DNA of 64,000 nt from the human T2T-CHM13v2.0 reference genome, Homo sapiens: assembly GCF_009914755.1 (NCBI RefSeq), contig NC_060932.1, one strand, 5' to 3'. Both the position numbers and the translations under genes were made by a program. Of this stretch, positions 28,865 to 45,369 are shown in pieces. Under the pieces are notes generated by a model. That model was not told the DNA's origin. It saw only the letters and a program-made list of their open reading frames with translations, and did no database searches. The first letter of the stretch is position 1. Each line of letters starts with the position of its first letter.

Positions 28865-29879
28865 CTCAGATGTTTTTAAAATTTAATTTCACTTGATTCT
28901 TTCAAAGGTTCTATTGGAAGTATGCCTGCTTGGGATGTCTATTTGCAATTCTAAAAAGAAAACTAAATGTTCATAGCCATGGCACATTCATCTCTTGTAA
29001 TGTCAGTCCTGCCCCATGGTTGGAAGCCTCTCGTTTATTCTGTAGCCTATCCCTTGACTGGAGTGGACCCAAACCTTGGAAAATTAGAAACCTACTTAAG
29101 CATTCCCATGCCCAGGTTTGGCAAGGTTGGAGATGGCAAACATGAAGTAGTCTTTTCCCTGCTTTAGCGAAGCACTCATTCCCACCAATACGATTGTTCC
29201 AAGAGGAGTGATAATGCGCCATAAAGCCAGAGCAGTCAGTTCTGCAGCTGTTCATGTTATGTATTTATTGGGTCACTAAATCCCTGTGTGCTGTTTAGTT
29301 GTCAGCCGAGTTGGAGGACTGACTTCTGAGTGAATTTCAATCAATCAATCACTCCAACAAGATGGTTAAGAATAGCCTGCGCTGGGCATACTATCTAGCA
29401 TCGCCTGCCAGGGCTAAGACTTGTTCTTAATACTCGCAAAGTTGGCCTGGGTGTCACAGCTCGTGCTATTTCACCTGGTAACTGTTGGTTTTATACATTT
29501 CAAAAGCAGTCATCTTTTGTGAGGTTACTTTTGTCTGAAAGCTTCCTACGACCAGTGGCTCTGAGGGTATCTGTGAGTAACGCCCGGTTTAATGCAGAGA
29601 CTGAGGATCTGTGGGAGAGGCGGTGCAGGTGGAGCCTGAGGCTGGTGTACCGACCTGCATCACTCTCCGTGCAGCCACAGCTTAAAGGTGAGCACCTTCT
29701 TATGCAATGTAAGGAGAAACAGATCTGTGTTTTTATAAACAGTGCAAATTATATGATTTAACATACACATCAAAATTCAATTTCCTGTGGTGTTTTCTAA
29801 GTTCATGCTGTTCTGTATATTTTCATATTTTTTCAGCTACTAAATCAATATATAGATGGTAGGTTCAACAGAGGACAGC

Positions 29880-30367
29880 TAATTATATAAAAATAAGTGT
29901 TTATTAACAAATGGGCTCAGAGTAGAAAATGCAGACAGATGGGTTCACTTTACCATATTTTGGGATCATCATCTTATTGCGTACAGCACTGTAGGCAAGT
30001 AAACGAAACCAAAGGCTGGCTCCCCTGGCCGAGGCCTGGGACTGATGCAAGACAGCCAGCCAGTCACCTCCGCCTCCCATGAACCTCTTGGAAAACTTCT
30101 CCTGTCCCACTTCTGCCACCCTCCAGCTCCTTGAGAGAGCCAGAGTTGAGAAGAAAATGAGCCTGAAGTTGAAAGGGAAAGTTCTTGCCTGAAACAGTGC
30201 TGGGAATAAGTCCAGACCATTTCCCTCAAGAGCCACCTCTTCACTCCTTAAGCCAGAGGACACCACAAAGACACAGTTAATGGCCTCTCATGCCACTCCT
30301 CAGGTGGCTTGTGAGGGCAGCCAGTGAGGGACTGCAGGATTTCAGGGAAGTAGCTCAGATGGCCCAC
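29880..30367 (-). other. INTS9: INTS9 3'UTR with AATAAA at 29900-29905
   Basis: Plus-strand TTTATT at 29900-29905 lies ~460 nt past the stop codon. The cleavage site is estimated. Confidence 0.8.
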
Positions 30368-30544
30368 TCAGAACTTCTGTAAGAATTTGAGGACAAGGTC
30401 CCGCAGTCGCACTCTGAGCATCTCGTCATTGTCGCAGATGATATGGGTCGAGTCTTCTTCAATCTGGATGAGCGTCTCAGCCTCCTGGAGCAGGACGATA
30501 TGGCCCTTGGCTGTGTCCTCCACCTTAATATCACTGAAGCCATG
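30368..30544 (-). CDS. INTS9: INTS9 last coding exon
   Basis: tttcttttcttctggagcag acceptor. Encodes [61 protein letters not shown]. The nine exons sum to 1233 nt with no internal stop. Confidence 0.96.
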   Translation of the reverse strand, partial: HGFSDIKVEDTAKGHIVLLQEAETLIQIEEDSTHIICDNDEMLRVRLRDLVLKFLQKF

Positions 30545-32110
30545 CTGCTCCAGAAGAAAAGAAAGAGGTGGGCTGGGCAGACTGCACATCTGTGAGATCT
30601 GTAAATGACACTTCACAGACTCGACTGAACTTTCTAGAAACTGACACGTCTCAACACAATTCTTCAGACTAGTCATAGGCCTATGATAGTGATAGTTTCT
30701 TATACTTGAAAAGAGACCCTAAACATGCAAAAGCTCATGCAAAACAACAGAATTTCCACAACCTGGCTAAGCTTTTGTGAGTTCTTTGAGGGCACGTCCA
30801 AGCACTGTGTTCAGGAGTCTGGGACGCTCAGCTGCTTGCACCATGCCGTTCCCTGGTGACAGCTCCCTCCTAAGTTTCAGCTGTCTGAGCTCCCAGGAAA
30901 ATGCCAGGTGACACCAAGATACCCCTGTGGGACTTGGCAGAGCCCTCTCAAGAGTGAAGGAGAGAAGGCAGCAGTGCAAACTTCTCAGCTATTGCTAATG
31001 CTAAGGACAGAAATTCCTTACAAATCAGACGTGACATGGAAAGGAGGCATGTGCCTGAAACAGACACACAGCAGGTGAAGGGCCTCGGTGTGGGGAGGCC
31101 ACCTGTACTTCATGGCTGCAGGCTCCCCTAGGGACTTGGACAGGTGCTTGCTCCTTCTGCAGAGAGGAGCCGGGATGGAACACTGGGTCAGGACATAGGC
31201 TGGGCCAGGCAGAAGGTCCTCATCTTAAGTTTTTAAAAGTCCAGCTTGAGGCCCATTAACAGGGCCCAGGAGCCCTGCAAGGTCTTCAGGGAGGGTGGAA
31301 GAGAGCCGCAACCACCCAGCCAGAGCCTTTTTCCCTACGGGAAAATCAAAGACAGGTGGAGAAAACCAATCCTAGGAAAGGGAAAGCCTTTAAGATTTGA
31401 AAGTCGGCAACTGTGATATTTACATTGGATAGAAAGTTCATAGAAATCTCCTTCCTTGTAATGATTGTAATTTGTTGCAGTTCTTGCAAGCAGCAGCATG
31501 AACAGTATTACCTTTAGCCAATTCCTTCTTCCTATCAAAGATTCTATAATCCTAATAAAGTCATCTCTGAAGTCCTGTGACTGAAGCCAAAATTACAACC
31601 TTTAAGGTTAGATTTTTTTCTTTTAATCATAGTCAAGAAATCTCATCTCTGGGAGAAGCAGCCATCAGGGCTGCTGAGACAGAGGGGAAGGGCCAGTGTC
31701 CCCTCCCCCGACTGCCTCCTGCAAATCCTGACAGTCGACTGGAGACTTGGCTCCCCTCTGACAGCAAGGAGTCATCTGTGGAAGTGCAAGACTCTGGCAG
31801 GGCCGGGTCCCTCTTTGTCCTGGCCTCACTACCCTGCCCCACTCGTCACATGTGTGTGTGGAAGCAGCTTTTTCTTCAGTCTGGAGAGGCCTTCTGGTGA
31901 CCTCGTGCTGGGAGGAAGGATGGGGCACTCCTCACTCTGCTTTCTTTCTCCTGGGTCTCCCAGCAGGACCTTAGACCAAACAGATGCCACAGGACAGTGG
32001 GGACTAAGTGACAAGCAGCAACATCCACTCCCTGCAGCCAGGGGGCCATAGTGAGCCAGGGAAAGGCTGCCACGTGTGGAGTTTTCACGGCACCAGCGAA
32101 ACCAGCTCAC

Positions 32111-32248
32111 CTTCTCCAGGGTCTGCACGAACTGCTCCACAGGGATGGAACCGCTCAACAAAGGCTTCAGGACTTTGCAGTCTGGTACGTCATCGCTCAC
32201 CCGCTTTCTCTTCTTCCCGCTCGTGGGCTGGGCGGGCCGAGGAGGGGG
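32111..32248 (-). CDS. INTS9: INTS9 penultimate exon (contains basic KKRKR stretch)
   Basis: ttctgctctag acceptor and AAG|gtgagc donor. 138 nt encoding [46 protein letters not shown]. Confidence 0.94.
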
Positions 32249-33203
32249 CTAGAGCAGAAGGAAAGAGTGGCTTTCATGAGCTTCCTCTGAGCAGCAGGGG
32301 CCACCGCAGGCCACACTGAGAGCCTGAGACTATCCTGTCCTCACAGGCCACAGAGCCCCGGCCCGGTTTCCTCAGCCGGCACTCGGTTCAGGTTCCCTGG
32401 CTGCCGGGAGCCCCAGATCCACGCGCTCTAATGCTCAACTGTCCAGCCTACCAACACCTTATTCGCTAAGATCTCTGCCTTCTATCAAGATCCATTTTTA
32501 AATTTTCAGGTGGTTCACTTCAGTATCTGCTGAGTAAATTCTCCAGAATACACTGTGTCGTGCTGCAGGTACATCATGACCCCGTGGCTGGGCACACTGG
32601 CTGTGGGGTCAGACCAAAGGGGGAAACCCCACCTTTGCCACCATCTGGCCAAGGTTAGAGAAGCTGCCTACGAAATGATGACAGCAGTGAATTCTGACGG
32701 CTCAGTAAGACAAGGCGGGTCAAGGACCCAGCACAGGGTCTAATAGACTTTAAGTGGTAGCTAGGAGCAACTCTACATGTGGCATAAAGGTGACACAGTC
32801 CAGATCTGAAAGGAATTCTTAAGACACAGTGCCTGCCCTGGAGCTGAAGTGCCACCCACCTGTGTGTGGGTCATTGGTAGGACCAGGCTCTCAGGTAGCC
32901 ACAGCCTCACGCAGGTGCCCTCCGGTTCCAGCCCCCAAGGGCAGGGCTGCACCTGCCACCCTGCACGTCTCCCCACAGCCCTGCCTCGCGTGGCAGCGCT
33001 CCCCAACAGAATGTGCCTGTGGCAGCCCTTGGGATGACGTGCGGCCTCATCTCTGGGCACAGCAGCCTCTCTGAGGCACATGGCCAGGGAAATAATTCTT
33101 CAACAAGAATTCACATGAAGCGCTATTTCAAATATAATCTGTTAGGTGGTCTGGTTTCTTGCTGGGGAGAGGGTCCCCTGCACTCCCACCCAGCACCCCC
33201 TAC

Positions 33204-33302
33204 CTGAAGCAAGTGCTTGTTATCTTTGGTGTGCAGCACGGCCGAGACAGTTGCCAAGGAGATGCCAGGCTTGATCTCCATGGGCACCAGTGAATCTGCG
33301 AG
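33204..33302 (-). CDS. INTS9: INTS9 internal exon
   Basis: ctttgctttcag acceptor and CAG|gtaggg donor. 99 nt encoding [33 protein letters not shown]. Confidence 0.93.
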
Positions 33303-33918
33303 CTGAAAGCAAAGGGCGCAGTTCAGGCTGGGGGCCTTTAATGATGACCATTACTCTTCCTTTAATCTGTATTTACATCACTGCAGTCTAAAAAGATGAA
33401 ATAACTTTAAAGGTAAACAATTTTTTTTTTTTTGAGATGGAGTCTTGCTCTGTCGCCCAGGTGACACACCAAGTGCAGCCTTTCATTCATTCTGGCCTTT
33501 ACTTCACCCTCATCCCCTCTCCAGGTGACCAGTGGCAGGAAGGACGGGGACAGCAGCATGGCGGTTGAGGGAGCTCTCTCTTCCTGAAAGTCTGACTTCT
33601 CCTGATGGTGGGAGCCACGGCTTTACCTGGGGGGTGGTATCTTTCCGACCACCTGCACCTGATGGGTGCCCTGCCGTGCAGCCTGACCTTATTAGGTGCT
33701 CTGTTGCTGGGTTTAGCTGCATGGTTTTTAAGACATGTAGACCCCTACCTAGCCAAGCCACCTTTATTTAAAAACAAAAACATGCAAGAGGCCATTATGT
33801 AAACATGAAGATCAATACCAAACGGGCAGAGGAAGCAGCTTAGGATACTTAAGCAGATTGGCAAGTGGTACGTGAGGCCTGTTTCATGAAATAAGAAAAC
33901 GGCCTATGGCGAGCGTGA

Positions 33919-37949
<4,031 letters not shown>

Positions 37950-37980
37950 TAGTTTAACCCTAGGAAGGAGAACAGCTCAC

Positions 37981-38148
37981 CTCTGGCATGATCTCGATCT
38001 TCTCGTACCGACGTTTGAAGGGCAGGGCGAGAACCTCAGCCCGCCGATAGGACATGGCGGGGGGCTGGCAGTCGATCATGAGGTCCATCCTGTGGGACTG
38101 GGCTGGGGGCGGCTGAGTGTACTGCTCAGGACACACCACGTGCAGGGG
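37981..38148 (-). CDS. INTS9: INTS9 internal exon
   Basis: ttcctcag acceptor and GAG|gtgagc donor. 168 nt encoding [56 protein letters not shown]. Confidence 0.95.
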
Positions 38149-40048
38149 CTGAGGAACCAATGGGACAGTTGAGAAAGGTGGTGTGAAGTACAGTGGCCCC
38201 TGTGGAAGGCCCATTCCTGACCCCGATCCACTCCCCGCCATTACAGGCTCACCACTTCCAGGCCAAGGTGAACTTTCATCCTCTCAAGCCCAATGAACCG
38301 TAGACAGGAGAGGGAACGTGAAGGCACTGGGGCAGAAGAAACATCTCGGAAACCCCTAAACTGCCTCAGCTTAATTTATCTTTCTTACTGTTTACATAAG
38401 TTTCACGGTAACTTCCATGTGTCTGCTCCCAGCGGTCTCTGGGCTTCCTCGGGGCACGGTCTTTCTCTAACATTCCCACATGCCTGCTATTATAAGCTCT
38501 TGGCTGATTACCAAGAGCTGTGGCTTTTCGTGCCGGGCTGGCGCTGTGGGTTTGGAGTTTCCGCTGGATCTGCAGGTCAGCTGGTATTAGGCAGTGGGCA
38601 CTCCTCAGCTCATGTGCTCACCATGTGCAACCAAGGAGCAGAGGCAGAGTTTTTTTTGTTTTTTTTTTTTTAAACAAAATGTCTCTTTTTGTTATCTTGA
38701 GAAAAAAAGATTAGTAAACCAATTTTTACTTTGCACAAATATCACCCAAATGAAAAGGAATGCTGGCAGCCCACAGGGGCACTGTGTTGTCCCTGCTTCT
38801 ACTTAAGAGCTTGGACCAAGCCCTGAATTCCCTGCTGAAGACGGCTTTCCACCAGGCTGACCGGGCTGAGCTTCCAAAAGCACTTGTTCCTTAGGGCTAA
38901 TACTTTTCTCCTCCAAACTGCCCTTTGCTCCTCCTCTTGACCTGTCTCAAAGCATCTCATGCCACAGGTGCAGTCTGATGGCTTCTCCCAGGTTTTCCTC
39001 ACCTAAAGTGGAGACCAGGTGGCCTCCAGTTTCCAGGATTAGCACCTGACAGAGGGGCGTCAAGAGCTGGTTTAGGGACTGGGATTTGAAGTTAATAATG
39101 AAAAGCAACACGCCTTTCACTGCTGCTTCTAACGTGGATGAGCATACATTGGGGTAGCGAATCACTGTAGACAGGCCCCACGTTTGCTGTCTGCTCTCAT
39201 CATACCTAGAGAGTGCCAGTATTCTTTCTTCATTGGGCAAGCACATTAATAATCACCAGAATCCGCTCTTGGGGCCCTCCTGGGGTTCTCCGGCTTTCTC
39301 TGTTTCCTGTTCCCCTGCCTTAGAGTTTTGTGAAAGGGCCTCTCTCATCCTGAGGTTGAAGGTGCTGTGCTGGGCCCCTCCACCCTCATCTCACTCCTGG
39401 GAACACCAGGGAGTGGAAAGGGAGAGCTCTTCCTCGCCGGTGTCAGCTGTCCTCCTTGCCAATTCCAGTTCCTCTCCCGACTCTCAAGAGCCAGAAACCC
39501 AGCGAGCAGTGGCTGAGCCAGCACAGTGGTTCCGTGGCCCTGCCTTCCTGCTACGCGCGCCTCCTGGTCTACACTGCACCCCAGCTACTTCTTCCCTTTC
39601 TCCAGGGCAGAAAATGTGAAGTGAAACAAATGACCAAAAACTGCCACAAAACCCAAACCCGACAGCACTGTTTGTGGTACCAGCCTACACGTGCGACACG
39701 GCCCCAGTAACGCGTTTCATTTAAACTGTCTCAGCTTAGTGAGTATGTTTCTAGAATGACTTTTTTTTTTTTTGGCAGGGGTGAGAGGGTTTGCTTTTAA
39801 GCGGACACAGATGGTTTTCTTTCCCTTCCACATCTGATTTCTTTAGAATGGAAACTGCGGTCAGGGTGTAAAGACCACTCCTTTTCAGTGTGGAGGGGGG
39901 CTGGCATGTGTCCCAGCATTCTGCAGATGCGTGAGAACTGAAGACAAGAATCAAACACAGCTAGATCTCTCTCCCCTCACCCCACACAAGCATGAGCCAC
40001 ACCAAGGTGACATGACTACGTGAAGGCACAAGCAGTGTCCTTCATTAC

Positions 40049-40173
40049 CTGCACTTCTTTAAGCAGCTTTGACACCTGGATGAAGTTCAGCCGGGTGTCG
40101 ATGGGGCAGTAGATGCATTTCATGGCCAGCGGCTGGTAAGGAGCCAGGGCTTCCAGGTAGGAGAAGTCTGGTT
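40049..40173 (-). CDS. INTS9: INTS9 internal exon
   Basis: ctttccctag acceptor and CAG|gtaatg donor. 125 nt encoding (E)[41 protein letters not shown]. Confidence 0.94.
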
Positions 40174-41458
40174 CTAGGGAAAGTACAAGAAAGAAATCTT
40201 ACAATGCAGACTACACAGGAGCTGCCAAGCCAGACAGCAACTGGGGCGCTGAGGGCCCACAGACAGTCAGGGGGTCAGGAGGGAGCCAGGAAGCACACGT
40301 GGGGGACGGAGGTCAAAGGGGCCCCGTGGAAGGAGGGGCAGGCTGGGATGGACCCTGTGGGTGGGCTCCAAGCTTCAGCAGAGGCAGATGAGGTAAATGA
40401 GGGAGAAATACATATGTGGGGGAGAAAAGAAAGCTCTTTTTACAACGAAATGCCAAGAAACAAACGATGAAATAAAAACCAAAACCACCGTTTGGCAACC
40501 ATTACAGTTCATCACTTATTCAGATGAAAATCATCAACAAATGCTAAAAATATCAGATACCATTTTGAGGGAGAACAGAATATGTATATAGTTTCAAAGA
40601 GTCCCCCACAAGGTACTGATTTAATACAATGGGAAAAACTGACTTCACAGTGGAGAGGCCTGGTACAGACCCGGGAACCTAGAATCAGCTCTGAGTTAAC
40701 GCCCAGGTGTGAGATGCACCCGGAAGACAAGCGCACGGCCCCGCCTCCAGGCCCGTGAATGGTCTGTAGACTGAGACTGGGATGCTCCCCAGCAGCCCCA
40801 GCCCCTCAGACCGGGAAGAGTCCTCGCCCTCTGCTCAGCCTGTCTCCTGAGGGCTGCTGCAGCCTGCTTGGCAGGGAACATTCCCCCAACTCGAGGGAGC
40901 TGCCTGCCTTGAGCCAAAAGACCTCGCTCGGTCCTAACTGATGTGACACTTTGATTCCCAGCACAGTCTGTGCCCAGCGACGAGGGACCCTGGCTTAGGC
41001 ACACCAGACACAGAGACGTCTCCACTGTTGTCAGGACAAACTGGCAGAGCTGCCAGGTACATAAATGCCCATTCCAGTGGATTGTGCTTCTCTGAGAATA
41101 CTGACCCCCTTTTCATGTATCCAGGAGTCACAAAACAATAAAAAAAGATGGCCCCAACCTCTCCCAGACACAACTTCTGCCCTGGAAGCCCCATAAACCA
41201 GTTTAAATGCAAACCCATTACCCAGAGTTGTCACAGGAAATCACACAGTCCTGATTTCCTTTTAGCTGAAGAAACATTTGTACTAAAGGCCAGGTTATCT
41301 ACTGTGCTGTGTAGATGCTGTCACCACTGTCATGTCAAATGTCGAGTCACCACTCAGCAGCAGGAGCAGGAGACACCAACCTCAGCCCCACTACATAGGA
41401 CATTCTCTGGACAACCTCCTAATTAATGAAATCTTGGCAGCTATGAAGTTCTGGGTGT

Positions 41459-42020
41459 TGTCAATCAATATCTTGTGGCCCAACTTCCTCCACCTTTAGC
41501 CCAAAGCAGGCCTGAGAAGAGGAAAGCAGTCCTGGTGACCGGGGCCTCTCCTGGCACTTTCTGCCTGGCCTGGTATCAGCAAGAGCCGGCCTGGCACCCA
41601 CAGCAAAGCCATGTGTCCTCCTGCTGTGTGAACGCAACTTCCTGGAACACCAACACCTTGTCTGACAATGATGGATCCGGCCAAAGACAAGACCCCTCTG
41701 TAATCATCCTGAACACGGAACACAGAACTGTCCTGACCACAGCATAAGCAAACTTCCCGCTATGCCGGCTCCATTCTTCCTGTGTTCTAGATAAGAATGA
41801 GTTAAGAAACCCATCGCAGAATGACCCTGCATCCTGACGCCACCCAATACAGGGTGACGCCTCACCTCCGCGAACACCTGCGCATCACCGAACACCAGCC
41901 GGAGTCCTGCAAGGTCTTTTTGCTTTTCTTTTACCCATGGTGTGTGTTCCCCTTGCTGAAATGAGGCAATAAACCCAACTTGGTTTGACCACAGGCGTGT
42001 TCCTGGTGGCCTCTAGGTCA
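41459..42020 (+). mobile_element. Probable ERV solo LTR (subfamily not assigned)
   Basis: Begins TGTCAA, has AATAAA at 41968-41973 followed by an LTR-like cccaacttggtttgaccacagg U5 segment. Confidence 0.5.
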
Positions 42021-42348
42021 CAAATGAAAGCTGGGGGAAGGGCTGAAGCGTCACCCCAGTGCTTCTGGTGTAACTGGATTCCCAGCTCCTAAAGCTAGGA
42101 AGGGAGCTGGTGACAGTGCTTTCCCAACAGCCGCCATGTGCCGGGTTCTGTGCCTGGTGCCCAGAGTGACCCACAGAGGTAGCTACTGACAGTCCCATTT
42201 ACTGTGGGGACAGTCATGCTTGCTGGTGAATTGGCTGAGGTTGCTGCAAGCTGGGCCAGATTTCAAATCAATGTTTTTTTTTTTTTTTTCTTTTTTCTTC
42301 ATAGCCTGTAAGATTTCTAAAACCCAAGGCCGACTGAAGACCCTAACA

Positions 42349-42446
42349 CATGGGTGTCCAAGCTTTTGGCTTCTTTGGGCCACACTGGAAGAAGAACTAT
42401 CTCGTGCCCCACATAAAATACACTAACACTAATGATGACTGATGAG

Positions 42447-42479
<33 letters not shown>

Positions 42480-42492
42480 TCTGTGCATAATT
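42349..42492 (+). mobile_element. MER30-like hAT MITE fragment with an A29 run
   Basis: ggtgtccaagcttttggcttctttgggccacactggaagaag...cacataaaatacactaacactaa...gatgagctaaaa matches the recalled MER30 consensus. Confidence 0.8.
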
Positions 42493-43033
42493 TCCAAGAT
42501 ATCCCCTATCACAGATAAGCAAAAAAGACCTAGCATTCAAAGGGCTGGGCACGCTACACTGATAAAATGATGCAGTCATTATCTATGTAAACACTCTACT
42601 TGACCTTATCAAAGGAATTTTTTCCCCTGAGGGATTTGTCTCCAGAAGAAAATCCACAGTTAGAGTAAACCACAATCAGAAGAAAAAGATCTACCTCTGT
42701 AAACAATTCCTAACAGGTAAAACAAGACCGTTACTGAATCACTGCACTTCTTGAAATGGCTTACGATATCCTAGCAAAAGCACTCAGCAGGATTCTGTCT
42801 TGGAGAAATCTGAAAACACAGGCATGAAGGCCTCGCTGGATGCCCAGCTGTCCAATGGCACACACTGCTTCACTCTTTCTCTGCGGTTTCTTCATTCTTT
42901 GGTACCTACAGTAGAATAATGTTTGTATTTATGTCTCACTGCAAAATCCTTCCCTGGGTCTCTACCTTGTAGGTGCATTCACTCATGGCCTCAGTGGAGA
43001 GAACCAATTTGTTTCTTTATTTTTTTCACTTAC

Positions 43034-43205
43034 CCGTGAATATGACGGTATTGAGACTAGATTTTCCCCAGAGCTCCATGAAGTGGACCACGTCCCCGAA
43101 GCGGAGGGAAGGGTGCCCGGTGAACACCACACAGGGCTGTCTAAAGTCGTTGCTGAAGTCTCCGTGGATGCTGGGGTAGTGCTTCAGCTTATTGGTCTGA
43201 ATGAG
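43034..43205 (-). CDS. INTS9: INTS9 internal exon
   Basis: ttttccag acceptor and gtaagt donor. 172 nt encoding [57 protein letters not shown] + 1 nt. Confidence 0.95.
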
Positions 43206-43299
43206 CTGGAAAATATAGAAAAAATACAAAGAAATGTGAGCCTGCCCAGGCTGAAGGGGGAACCAAAGTACGGGAGGGTGAGCGGGACTGGATCTAAAA

Positions 43300-44300
43300 T
43301 ACCAACAAAGAAGACAAGCCACGGATTGGGAGAAAATACCTGCAAAAGTCACACCTGAGAGAGGACTGTGACCCAGAATCTATGAACTCCGAAACCTCAG
43401 CAAAAAGAAATGAACAGCCCTATTAAAAAGTGGGCAAAAAACCTGAACAGACACCTCATCAGAGAAGAGAGATGGCAAATGAGCATACGAAAAAATGCTC
43501 CACACCGTATGTCATTAGGAAACTGCAAATTAAAATGATGAGATACCACTATACACCTGTTATAATAAAATGGCCAAAATCCAGAACACTCACAGCACCA
43601 AATGCTAACAAGGATATGGAAGAACAAGGACTCTCATTCACTGCTGGTGGGAATGCAAAAGGATACAGCCACTTTGAAAGATATTTTGAAAAATCATGTC
43701 CACAAGAAACCTGCACATGAATGTCCTAATTGCTAAAACGTGGAAACAACCAAGATGTGTCCTTCAGCAGGTGAAGGATGAAACTGATGCATCCAGACAA
43801 TGGAATATTATTCAGCCCTAAAAAAGAAATGAGCTGCCAAGCTACGAAAAGACATGAAGGAACCTATTCCTAAGTGAAGGGCGCCACTCTGAAAAGCCAA
43901 GGCCCCTATGATTCCAACTGTATGACGTTCTGGAAAAGGCAAAACTATACAGATAGTAAAAGGCTCAGCGGTCACCAGGGATTCGTGGAGAGTGAAATGA
44001 ACAGGCTGAGCACAGAGGATCTGCAGAGTGAGGAAGCTCCTCTGTGTGATGATGTAATGGTGGATCCAGGTCACTGTTCATTTGTTCAAAACCATAGAAA
44101 GCACAACGCCAAGGGAACCCCTACTGTAAACTCTGGGCTTTGGGCGAGAGTGACGTGTCAATGTGGGTTCATCAGCCGTAGCAAACGCACCTCTCTGGTG
44201 TGGGATGGTGCAGTGGGCAACTGCGTGTGTGGGGCAGGGGCATATGATTGCCGTGAACCTAAAACTGCTGTGAAAAGTAACACTTATTAATTTAAAAAAA
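43300..44300 (+). mobile_element. L1MC-like 3' fragment
   Basis: Degenerate ORF2 end (attaaaaagtgggcaaaaaacctgaacagacacctca...) followed by an L1MC-type 3'UTR. Confidence 0.75.
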
Positions 44301-44660
44301 TACAAGTGAATCTTATTAAAATAGTTTTTACCCAGAATGTGATTTGTGGAACACATGGGCAAGTCAAGTCTTTCTGGTAATACTGACATACTTCCTGGAA
44401 ACATATTCAGATTGTTATGGCCTGCTTTAGCTGGACTCTTCCTTTATAAGCTGCCTGACACTCCACACCAGGCCTGAAGTTCTCATTATCACTTCTTGTT
44501 TGAAGTACAAGTGACTTTCCCAACACTCGTGAATCACCAAGTCCTGGTGACAGTAACCACATCTGTCACACCAGAAACACTGTTTGCCAGTACAGGACCT
44601 CCTCCTGCAAAGCTAGAGCTGTGTTAAGCTACTGCAGCAACTGAATAAGGACCAAGACCA

Positions 44661-44729
44661 AAGACTGTACTTTCAGGGATCATTTCTGTTGTTTGCTACT
44701 AGAGAAGCTTCTCTGAATGTGTACAGCAT
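44661..44729 (+). pseudogene. 3'-truncated U3 snoRNA retrocopy (U3 nt 1 to ~69)
   Basis: aagactgtactttcagggatcatttctgttgtttgctactagagaagcttctctgaatgtgtacagca is colinear with the recalled human U3 5' end AAGACTATACTTTCAGGGATCATTTCTATAGTGTGTTACTAGAGAAGTTTCTCTGAACGTGTAGAGCA (about 60/68 identical, no gaps). It starts at U3 +1. Confidence 0.9.
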
Positions 44730-44845
44730 GTGGACATGTGTGCACACATGCACACATACACGCACACACACATGCACGACAAAGATCAAATTGGCTTTTA
44801 GAAATGTGATGTCCTGGTAACACAGACAGTTATATTAAGAAATGG

Positions 44846-45369
<524 letters not shown>

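Noticed and set aside
42431-42477. ATGATGA/CTGA motifs next to an A29 run, suggesting a C/D snoRNA or retrocopy tail
   Set aside because: Both belong to the MER30-like element.
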